Assembly (NCBI GenBank): GCA_046086425.1
Contig: JBJSXO010000198.1
Span: 1 to 37,431 of the forward strand
Length of the DNA stretch: 37,431 bases
From: Actinomycetota bacterium
GTDB taxonomy: Bacteria; Actinomycetota; Acidimicrobiia; IMCC26256; PALSA-555
Direction: 5' to 3'
Part shown: piece by piece, positions 1 through 7,347 of the stretch
How positions within the stretch are numbered: position 1 is the stretch's first letter
Layout: each line of letters opens with the position of its first letter
Translations under genes and position numbers: made by a program
The notes under the pieces: model-generated
What the model was told of the DNA's origin: nothing
The model's input: the letters and a program-made list of their open reading frames with translations, nothing else
The model's database searches: none

Positions 1-355
1 TCTCGAGCGCTTCCAGCGCCACGGTGTCGTGGACACTCCACGACGTGCAGGAGCCTCAGTTGCCGAGGCCGACCACCCCGATGTCCACGAGCCGCGACCA
101 CTCGTCGAGGTCGGCGCGGGTCTGCTCACCTTCGGCGCCGACCCGCTCGCCGGCCCACCAGACCTCGACGCGCGCGCCGTCGGCGGCGAACCGGCGCTCC
201 CATTCCTCGACGATGGCGATGTAGGAGCGCCAGGCCTGGTCGAGCCGCAGCCCGACGATCTTGCCCTCGAGCCCGCCGTCGACCGACCACGTGGGGGTCT
301 CGGGCTCGCCGGGCGGGAGCACCCGCGGGTCGAGGATGGTCGTGGTGGCCGTCAT
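1..355 (-). CDS. UGSC-family (seleno)protein candidate; C-terminus runs off the left edge. The TGA at 56-58 is proposed to encode selenocysteine.
   Basis: ATG at 355-353 is preceded by GAGGAGGGA 6 nt upstream. The track ORF ends ...VVGLGN-TGA. The same frame stays open to position 2 and reads GSCTSWSVHDTVALEALE, giving the motif N-U-G-S-C. A hairpin lies 11 nt after the TGA, and a tRNA-Sec is present in the same window. Confidence 0.6.
26..44 (-). promoter_or_regulatory. Candidate bacterial SECIS stem-loop downstream of UGA 56-58
   Basis: The mRNA reads UGA-GGCUCCUGCAC-GUCGUGG-AGUGU-CCACGAC. That is an 11-nt spacer, a perfect 7-bp stem and a 5-nt loop containing GU. Counting from the U of UGA, these are G23 and U24. 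Confidence 0.45.
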
Positions 356-400
356 GGGTGCTCCCTCCTCGTGATCAGCGCTGTGAGTGTGTGCTCGGGT

Positions 401-1012
401 CTACCAGGCGGTCCCGTAGCGGTCCCGGTGGGTGTGCCCGGCGACCGGCTCGCGCCGGGGCGGGCCGAGCCGGCGCGCCGGATGCCCGATGGGCACGACC
501 GCCGTGGGGACGACGTGCTCGGGGAGGCCGAGCACGTCGCGGATCTCGTCGGCACCGGCGGCCAGGGTCGTGAGCGCCGAGGCGAGCCCGAGGGCGGAGG
601 CAGCGAGCAGCAGGTTCTGCACGCACGGGAAGATCGACGACGCAACGGTGGCGGGCAGGCCGCGCTCGACGTCGGCACACACCACCACGAGCACCGGGGC
701 GCTGCGGTAGCCACCGCCGGAGAAGCCCTGGTCCACCTCGGCGAGCAGGGCGGCCGGGATCCGGCCCGCCGAGAAGGCACGCCCGGCCGTGGTCCACGCG
801 GCTTCGGTGGCATCGTGGATCACGGTCTGCACCGACCGGTCACGCACGACGACGAACTCCCAGGGTTGCTTGTTCTCGGCGCTCGGCGCGTGGGTCGCCG
901 CGCGGAGGATCAGCTCCACGGTCGCGTCGTCGACCGGCGTGTCGGCGAACTGCCGGCAGGCGCGCTGCGCGAAGACCACGTCGAAGAACGGGGGACCTCC
1001 GTCGGGCGTCAT
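401..1012 (-). CDS. Nitroreductase family protein
   Basis: 203 aa. Typical nitroreductase N-terminal motif RACRQF...PV..ATVELILRAATHAPSAENKQPWEFVVV and C-terminal PIGHPA. Confidence 0.9.
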   Translation of the reverse strand: MTPDGGPPFFDVVFAQRACRQFADTPVDDATVELILRAATHAPSAENKQPWEFVVVRDRSVQTVIHDATEAAWTTAGRAFSAGRIPAALLAEVDQGFSGGGYRSAPVLVVVCADVERGLPATVASSIFPCVQNLLLAASALGLASALTTLAAGADEIRDVLGLPEHVVPTAVVPIGHPARRLGPPRREPVAGHTHRDRYGTAW

Positions 1013-1197
1013 GTCGGCATGCTGGTCACGTCGGCCTCCACGTCGGCGAGCTCTCGGGAATCATGACAGGCCGACCGGTCCCGGACACTCGCCGACGCCG
1101 CCGCTTCGGCGACCGGGCTACGATCCGAGCGGCCGGTCCCGCGGTGGTGCAACCGCAGGTCGGCGAACGCCTACCGACGATGCCCCGAGGAGCAGCC

Positions 1198-1383
1198 ATG
1201 GCCCCCGAGACCCCCACCGAGACGCGCTACGCGCCGCCGCGCATCGTGACGCGAGACCGGCTCGACGGGCTCCTCTTCACCCCGAAGAGCGATCCGGGCG
1301 GGATGGTCAGCGACGCCCACCTCAAGGAGCACGTCACCCCGGTGGTCTGGGCGCACGACTCCGGGGACGGCGCGCGACCCTGA
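1198..1383 (+). CDS. Small hypothetical protein (61 aa)
   Basis: ATG is preceded by GAGGAG 6 nt upstream. Nearly every third codon position is G/C, a strong coding signal for this genome. I recognise no family. Confidence 0.5.
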   Translation: MAPETPTETRYAPPRIVTRDRLDGLLFTPKSDPGGMVSDAHLKEHVTPVVWAHDSGDGARP

Positions 1384-1418
1384 GCGGCGACGTCGCTGGT
1401 CCCGCTGGGCGCCCGGGC

Positions 1419-1802
1419 GTGTCTTCCTCCCTGCGCAGTCGTGCGCGCCGCCTGCTGCACCGCTCCCGACCCGGGTCGTCGACCCCGGATGCGTCCGAGC
1501 CCACCGCAGTCGAGTTCGTGGACGGCGCCGAGATCCTCGCGCGCCTGCGCGCGCTGCCCATCAGCACCTGGAACTACGTCTGGGACCCGCCCACGACCCG
1601 TCACCTCGGGCCGATGGCCCAGGACTTCCGGGCGGCCTTCGGTCTCGGTGACGACGACACGAGGATCCACGCAGTCGACGCCACCGGCGTGAGCCTGGTG
1701 GCGATCCAGGCGCTGTGCCGCCGGATCGAGTCCCTCGAGGCCCGCGTGGCCGAGCTCGAGCCCCCGTCCCCACCGGCCGCGACCCCCGGGAGCCCGCGAT
1801 GA
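1419..1802 (+). CDS. Peptidase S74 (endosialidase/tail-fibre intramolecular chaperone) domain protein; start uncertain
   Basis: The C-terminal 95 aa read ILARLRALPISTWNY...HLGPMAQDFRAAFGLGDDDTRIHAVDATGVSLVAIQAL..IESLEARVAELE, which matches the S74 chaperone domain pattern. Candidate starts are GTG 1419 and GTG 1518. The 789 start in the track overlaps the nitroreductase gene and is rejected. The stop overlaps the next gene's ATG (ATGA). Confidence 0.55.
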   Translation: MSSSLRSRARRLLHRSRPGSSTPDASEPTAVEFVDGAEILARLRALPISTWNYVWDPPTTRHLGPMAQDFRAAFGLGDDDTRIHAVDATGVSLVAIQALCRRIESLEARVAELEPPSPPAATPGSPR

Positions 1803-3913
1803 CCGTGACCCATCCCATGCTCCTCGCTCCTGGCCGCATCGGCGGCATGGAGCTGCGCAACCGCGTCGTCATGACGGCGATGGACCAGAACGTGTGCACC
1901 GACGACGGCTTGTTGACCGAGCTCAACTTCGCGCACTACGAGGCGCGTGCTCGTGGTGGTGTGGGCCTGCTCACGCTCGAGACGGCTGCGGTCGCGTATC
2001 CGGTCGGCGCGACGTCGCGTCATCAGCCGTCGCTCTCGAGCGACGCGTGCATCGCGGGTCTCCGCCGCCTCGCCGAGCTCGTGCACCCGCACGGGGCCAA
2101 GGTCGTGGTGCAGATCAACCATCACGGCAAGACGGCGGGTGTCGACGCGATGGAGGACCGAGAGCAGATCGTGCCCTCGGTGCCGGTGCCCGACGACCAG
2201 GTGACGCTCGACCACCTCACGGTGGACGAGATGATGAAGATGGCAAGGCTCACCGGGGGCAAGAAGCCGATTCGGCGCGAGGCGACCGTCGACGACCTGC
2301 TCTGGGTGGTCGACATGTTCGCGGACGCGGCCGAGCGTGTGCAGCGCGCCGGCCTCGACGCAGTGGAGGTGCAGACGGGGCACGGGTACCTGATGTCCAC
2401 CTTCCTCTCGCCCAAGTACAACCGGCGTACCGACGACTACGGCGGCTCACGGGAGAACCGGGCCCGGCTCATGTGCGACGTCATCCGCGCGGTGCGGGCC
2501 CGGGTCGGCCCGGACTTCCCGATCATCGTGCGGATGGACGCCATCGAGTACGGCGAGGGGGGTACCACCCTCGAGGACTCGGCGGCCTACGCGCGGCTGG
2601 CCGAGGCCGCGGGTGCCGACGCGATCAGCGTGTCGGCGAACGCGCCGAACGCCGTGGGACCGGGCTTCACCCTTGCGCCACTGCCGTGGGAGCCGGGCCA
2701 GTTCGTGCCCTTCGCCACGGCCGTCAAGGCCGCGGTGCGCGTGCCGGTGATCGCCGCCGGCCGGCTGATGCCCGACGAGGCGGAGCAGGTGCTCGCGCGC
2801 AGGGACGCCGACGTCATCGGGATGGGCCGGCAGCTCCTCGCCGACCCCGACCTCCCCAACCGACTCGCCGCCGGCCGCCCCGACCTCGTGCGGACCTGCA
2901 TCAACTGCTACGTGTGCGTGGCCGAGAACTTCTTCGACGACGTGCCGGTGTGCGCGGTCAACGCCGACCTCGGCCACTACGACCGCCCGCCGGCTGCACC
3001 GGCCGATCCGGCCCGTCATGTGGTCGTGGTCGGGGGCGGTCCCGGCGGTATGGAGGCCGCGCGGCTTGCGGCCGACCGCGGCCATCGGGTGACCCTGCTC
3101 GAGCAGCACCACCACCTCGGTGGCACCACGCGGTTCTCGTCGCTCACCACACCCATGAACGGCGAGCTGGTCCGCTACCTGTCGGCGGCGGTCACCGAGG
3201 CGGGGGTGGACGTGCGGCTGGGGACGGCGGCGACGGTGGCGTCGGTTGCGGCGCTCACACCCGACGTGGTCGTGGTCGCCACCGGCGCTCGCCGCGACCG
3301 GCCCGACGTCCCGGGCGCGGAGCTCGACCACGTGCTGTCGGGCGACGACCTGCGCGCGCTGCTCACGGGTGACGATCCCGCAGCCGCCAAGCGCCTCGGG
3401 ATCGTGGCGCGGCTCGTGGTCCGCGCCGGGCGCGTGCTGAGGCTGACCGACGACATGTCGAGGGTCCGCAAACTGTCCCGCCGGTGGATGCCGCTCGGCA
3501 ACGACGTCGTGGTCCTGGGTGGTGGCCTCGTCGGTGTGGAGCTCGCCGAATTCCTGGCCGAGCGGGGCCGGCGGGTCACCGTGCTCGAGCCCGGCGACAA
3601 GCTCGGGCTCGAGATGGCGCATCCGCGCCGAGCGCGCGCGCTCAAGGATGCACGTGATCACGGCGTGGGCTTCGTCACCGGTGCGACCGTCACGGCGATC
3701 GACGAGCAGGTGGTGCGGTACACGGTGGGCGGCGAGGAGCAGTCGGTGGCCGCCGACGCGGTGATCATCGCCAGCGGGATCCACGGCGACACGGGCCTCG
3801 CCGACGCGCTGCGTGCCGCCGGCCTCGAGGTCCACGTGGTGGGGGATGCCGGTCACGTGGGCTACATCCAGAACGCCATCGCCACGGGCAACGCGGTCGG
3901 CCGCACCGTCTGA
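1799..3913 (+). CDS. NADH:flavin oxidoreductase, 2,4-dienoyl-CoA reductase-like (OYE barrel + 4Fe-4S + FAD/NAD(P) domains)
   Basis: OYE-type N-terminus (MELRNRVVMTAM, HGYLMSTFLSP). Cys cluster CINCYVCV...C. Two Rossmann motifs, VVGGGPGGMEAA and VLGGGLVGVELAE. ATG 1799 overlaps the upstream stop. Confidence 0.9.
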   Translation: MTVTHPMLLAPGRIGGMELRNRVVMTAMDQNVCTDDGLLTELNFAHYEARARGGVGLLTLETAAVAYPVGATSRHQPSLSSDACIAGLRRLAELVHPHGAKVVVQINHHGKTAGVDAMEDREQIVPSVPVPDDQVTLDHLTVDEMMKMARLTGGKKPIRREATVDDLLWVVDMFADAAERVQRAGLDAVEVQTGHGYLMSTFLSPKYNRRTDDYGGSRENRARLMCDVIRAVRARVGPDFPIIVRMDAIEYGEGGTTLEDSAAYARLAEAAGADAISVSANAPNAVGPGFTLAPLPWEPGQFVPFATAVKAAVRVPVIAAGRLMPDEAEQVLARRDADVIGMGRQLLADPDLPNRLAAGRPDLVRTCINCYVCVAENFFDDVPVCAVNADLGHYDRPPAAPADPARHVVVVGGGPGGMEAARLAADRGHRVTLLEQHHHLGGTTRFSSLTTPMNGELVRYLSAAVTEAGVDVRLGTAATVASVAALTPDVVVVATGARRDRPDVPGAELDHVLSGDDLRALLTGDDPAAAKRLGIVARLVVRAGRVLRLTDDMSRVRKLSRRWMPLGNDVVVLGGGLVGVELAEFLAERGRRVTVLEPGDKLGLEMAHPRRARALKDARDHGVGFVTGATVTAIDEQVVRYTVGGEEQSVAADAVIIASGIHGDTGLADALRAAGLEVHVVGDAGHVGYIQNAIATGNAVGRTV

Positions 3914-4059
3914 GCCGCGACGACGACCCGCCGCCGAGTGCGCGGGCCGGGAATGACGAGCAGGAAGGGACGGCGATGCCCGCCGAGCACACGATCGGTC
4001 TCTGGTTCGACGTCGCTGCGGTCGACGCGGCGGTAGCGGGCGCCGCGCCCCGGCAACCG

Positions 4060-4065
4060 TAGGCT
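4060..4065 (+). promoter_or_regulatory. Candidate -10 hexamer TAGGCT, 7 nt upstream of ATG 4073 (leaderless-type start)
   Basis: TAnnnT hexamer, no SD sequence, 7-nt gap to the start codon. Confidence 0.3.
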
Positions 4066-4072
4066 GAGGGCC

Positions 4073-4465
4073 ATGGCCGACCGGAACGTCCTGGGCGGGG
4101 ACCTCGAGCCCTGCGGGTTCGACCCGGTCACGGGGTTCTACCGCGACGGGTGCTGCTCGACCGGCCCCGAGGACCTGGGGAGCCACACGATCTGTGCCGT
4201 GGTGTCGTCCGAGTTCCTGGAGCACCAGCGGGGGATCGGCAACGACCTGAGCACGCCCATGCCGGCGTACCGGTTCCCCGGCCTGAACCCCGGGGACCGG
4301 TGGTGCGTCACCGCGCGCAACTGGCTGCGAGCCCACCTTGACGGTTGCGCCGCCCCGGTGGTGCTGGCGTCGACGCACGAGCGGGCCGTGGACATCGTGC
4401 CGCTCGAGGTGCTGCGCGCCTACGCCGTCGACGTGCCCGGGGACCTGCGCGAGCTCGACGACTGA
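4073..4465 (+). CDS. DUF2237 family protein
   Basis: 130 aa with NVLGGDLEPCGFDPVTGFYRDGCC..GPEDLGSHTICA...GNDLSTP...FPGLNPGDRWCV, the characteristic DUF2237 pattern. Confidence 0.85.
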   Translation: MADRNVLGGDLEPCGFDPVTGFYRDGCCSTGPEDLGSHTICAVVSSEFLEHQRGIGNDLSTPMPAYRFPGLNPGDRWCVTARNWLRAHLDGCAAPVVLASTHERAVDIVPLEVLRAYAVDVPGDLRELDD

Positions 4466-4478
4466 GCCCCCGGGTGGC

Positions 4479-7265
4479 TCACTCGGGCGCCCGGCCGTAG
4501 AAGACCCGGTCCACGACGCGTCGTGCCCGGCGGGTCACGCGCCGGAACTCGTCGCGCAGCTCAGTCCGTGGCTCGTGGGTGAAACCGAGGAGCCGGCCGA
4601 TGCGGACGTCCTCGGGACTCCCGGGCAGCGCGTCACCGGGCTGGCCCAGGACCAGGTAGCGCGCGTTCCGGGCTCGTTCGCAGAAGCGGTAGGCCTCCTC
4701 CATCGTGGCGCCGTCCTCCGCCGCGAGCAGCCCGGCGGCGACCAGGCGGTGGATGCCCTCGATGGTGGCTGGGGTCCGGATCGCCGGCGTGGACCCGCAG
4801 TGCTGCAGCTGGAGCAGCTGCACGGCGAACTCCACGTCGGTGAGTGCGCCCTTGCCGAGCTTGAGGTGGAACTGGGGGTCTTCACCCGGCGGGATGCGTT
4901 CCTGCTCGACCCTGACCTTCACCCGCCGGATCTCCCGCGTGAACTCCTCGGGGAACGGCTCCCGCACCACGTACGGCTCGACGAGGTCCATGAACGCTGC
5001 GCCCACGTCGGCGTTCCCCGCGACCGGCCGGGCTCGCAGCAACGACTGGAATTCCCACGGGAGCCCGTACTCCTCGTAGTACGACGCGTAGGCGTCGAGG
5101 GAGCGGGCCAACGCGCCCTTCTTGCCCTCGGGGCGGAGGTTCGCGTCGATGCGGAATGTCTGCCCTTCGGCCGTGGTCGCGCCGATCTCGCCCACGAGGT
5201 CGGCCGCCAGCCGCAACGCGTCCTCGTACCGGGTGGCACCGTCGCCCGCGTAGACGAAGAGCACGTCGATGTCGGACGCGTACGAGAGCTCGCGGCCACC
5301 GAGGCGGCCCATGCCGATGACCGCAAACGGCAGGCTCGTACTCAGCGACTGCAGTGCCGCCTCGACTGCTGCTTCCGCCAGGTTGCTCAGCTCGCGCGCG
5401 GTCACCTCGATCGGAGCCAGCCCGAGCACGTCTCGCGCCGCGATCCGGAGGAACTCCCGCCGCTTGAACCGGCGCAGCCCAGCCCGCCGCTGGTCGACGT
5501 CGGACCGCCACTGGAGGGTCTCGAGCGCCTCCTCGACGAGCTCGTCCCGGGTGCGCTCGCGCAGGAGCGCGTCGTCGTCGCCCAGCGTCTCGAGGAACGC
5601 CGGCTGATGCAGGAGCGACTCACCGAGGAACCGGCTCGAGCCGAGGACCCGGCAGGCGCGCTCGGCGGCGCCGGTGGAGTCACGGAACGTGACGGCGAGC
5701 GCGGTCCCCCGCGTGGGGCCCTCGGCGAGCCTCCGGAGCTGGAGGAGCCCGAGATCCGGGTCGGGCGCGCCCGAGAGCCAGTCGAGGATGACCGGGAGCA
5801 TCTCGCCGAGCACCCGGGACGTACGGGAGAAGCCGCGGGTGAGCTCGCGCAAGGCGTCACGCGTGTGCTGTGCATCGACGAACCCGAACGCCGCCAGGCG
5901 CTCCTCGGCGGCTTCCGGGCTGAGCGAGCCCCGGCCGGCCAGCGTGTCGAGGAGCGGGGCGAAGAACAGGCGCTCGTGCAGCGCGCGCACCGTGGCCTGG
6001 TGTGCCCGGTGCTCGGCGAGGAACGACTGGAGCCCGGTGGCCCGGGGCTGGTCCCGGTAGCCGAGCACCCGGGCGAGCAGCGTGAGCTCGGCCTCGTCGC
6101 TGGGCAGCGTGTGGGTCTGGCGCTCGTCCCGGAGCTGGAGCCGGTGCTCGACCGTCCGGAGGAACACGTAGGCGTCGCCGAGACGGCCCACGTCGCGCCG
6201 CTCGACGTAGCCCCCCACCGCAAGCTGTGCGAGCGCCACCAGCGTGGTCGCCGAGCGGATCTGCGGATCGTGACGGCCGTGGACGAGTTGGAGCAGTTGC
6301 ACCGCGAACTCGATGTCGCGGATGCCGCCGCGCCCGCGCTTGAGCTCACGGTCGCCGAGGCCCTTCCGGCCGAGTTCGGCCTCTGCCCGCGCCTTCATCT
6401 TGCGGGCTTCGCGGATCATCTCGGGGTCGAGCACCTCGCGCCATACGAACGGGCGGCTCTGCTCCATGAACTCGCGCCCGAGGTCGGCGTCGCCGGCGAC
6501 CGGGCGGGCCTTGAGCAGCGCCTGGAACTCCCAGTGCCGGGCCCAGCGCCCGTACCAGGTCACGTAGCTCTCGACCGTGCGCGAGATCGCGCCCGCGCGA
6601 CCCTCAGGGCGTAGGTCGGCGTCGGTCCGGAAGACCAGTCCGTCGGCGGTCGGCGTCGACATGGTCGACAGGACCGCGCGCCCGACCCGGTCCGCCTCCT
6701 CGGAGTCGTCCCCGGAGTGGACGAACAGTACGTCCACGTCGCTCGAGTAGTTGAGCTCGTTGCCTCCGAGCTTGCCCATCCCGATGATCGCGAACGGGAT
6801 GCGGGGCTCCGCCAAAGCGAGTGCCGCCTCGAGGCACGCTTCGGCGAGGCTCGTCAGCTCGCGGCCGACGGTCACGAGGTCGGCGATGCCGAGCAGGTCC
6901 CGCACCGCGATGCGCACGAACTCCCGCCGCTTCTGCCGGCGCAGGGCAGCTCCGCCGTCGGGTGCCGCGGTCACGGCGGCGAGCAACTCGGCCCGGACCG
7001 CGGCGCGGTCGCGCTCGTCGGTGAAGTCGTCGGCGTCCACCACGTCGAGGAGGGTCGGATCCGCGATCACGGCGGTCGACAGCGATCGTGACGCGCACGC
7101 GAGCGCGGCGAACGCCCGGGCCCGGGCGGGCTGGCCGAGGCGCGCAGCGGCGGCGGGATCCGCAGCGGAGAGGCGGGCCACGGCGGTGCGGGCGAGCTCG
7201 GGGTCCGCGGCGGCGTCGAGGATCGCGGCGATCTCGGGGTTCGCGGTGACGTCGCCGGGCTCCAC
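4479..7265 (-). CDS. glnE: Bifunctional glutamine synthetase adenylyltransferase/adenylyl-removing enzyme
   Basis: Two nucleotidyltransferase modules (GKLGGNELNYSSDVDVLFV and GRLGGRELSYASDIDVLFV), each followed by a GlnE-type helical domain. The track start 7409 would overlap nadE. I place the start at GTG 7265 (TTG 7277 is also possible). Confidence 0.88.
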   Translation of the reverse strand: MEPGDVTANPEIAAILDAAADPELARTAVARLSAADPAAAARLGQPARARAFAALACASRSLSTAVIADPTLLDVVDADDFTDERDRAAVRAELLAAVTAAPDGGAALRRQKRREFVRIAVRDLLGIADLVTVGRELTSLAEACLEAALALAEPRIPFAIIGMGKLGGNELNYSSDVDVLFVHSGDDSEEADRVGRAVLSTMSTPTADGLVFRTDADLRPEGRAGAISRTVESYVTWYGRWARHWEFQALLKARPVAGDADLGREFMEQSRPFVWREVLDPEMIREARKMKARAEAELGRKGLGDRELKRGRGGIRDIEFAVQLLQLVHGRHDPQIRSATTLVALAQLAVGGYVERRDVGRLGDAYVFLRTVEHRLQLRDERQTHTLPSDEAELTLLARVLGYRDQPRATGLQSFLAEHRAHQATVRALHERLFFAPLLDTLAGRGSLSPEAAEERLAAFGFVDAQHTRDALRELTRGFSRTSRVLGEMLPVILDWLSGAPDPDLGLLQLRRLAEGPTRGTALAVTFRDSTGAAERACRVLGSSRFLGESLLHQPAFLETLGDDDALLRERTRDELVEEALETLQWRSDVDQRRAGLRRFKRREFLRIAARDVLGLAPIEVTARELSNLAEAAVEAALQSLSTSLPFAVIGMGRLGGRELSYASDIDVLFVYAGDGATRYEDALRLAADLVGEIGATTAEGQTFRIDANLRPEGKKGALARSLDAYASYYEEYGLPWEFQSLLRARPVAGNADVGAAFMDLVEPYVVREPFPEEFTREIRRVKVRVEQERIPPGEDPQFHLKLGKGALTDVEFAVQLLQLQHCGSTPAIRTPATIEGIHRLVAAGLLAAEDGATMEEAYRFCERARNARYLVLGQPGDALPGSPEDVRIGRLLGFTHEPRTELRDEFRRVTRRARRVVDRVFYGRAPE

Positions 7266-7335
7266 GCCCCGAGTCAAGCGCTTGCGGGTGGTGCAGGGCG
7301 AGCCGGTCGGGCGGCACCGGCGCGGGTTGGCCTCA

Positions 7336-7341
7336 TAGGCT
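7336..7341 (+). promoter_or_regulatory. Candidate -10 hexamer TAGGCT, 6 nt upstream of GTG 7348 (leaderless-type start of nadE)
   Basis: Same hexamer as at 4060. No SD sequence between it and the start codon. Confidence 0.3.
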
Positions 7342-7347
7342 GGGCGG

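Noticed and set aside
29-1066. 345-aa plus-strand ORF covering the UGSC and nitroreductase genes
   Set aside because: It is antisense to two well-supported genes. The translation is Arg/Gly/Pro-rich low-complexity sequence typical of shadow ORFs in about 70% GC DNA, and it has no recognisable motif.
1381-1383. Possible second selenocysteine codon: the TGA ending the 61-aa ORF, with 12 G/C-third-position codons continuing in frame
   Set aside because: I found no stem-loop with SECIS-like spacing downstream and no redox (CxxU/UxxC-type) context. The frame then collides with the S74 domain, which is in another frame. I kept it only as a note about a possible frameshift.
2447-4378. 643-aa minus-strand ORF
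   Set aside because: It is antisense to the OYE/dienoyl-CoA-reductase-like gene and runs through DUF2237. It has Arg/Pro/Gly-rich junk composition.
4338-6614. 758-aa plus-strand ORF, and other long ORFs inside glnE (4882-5511, 5402-6349, 6604-7317)
   Set aside because: These lie on the strand opposite to glnE or are out of frame with it, and glnE has unmistakable duplicated nucleotidyltransferase motifs. They are shadow ORFs.
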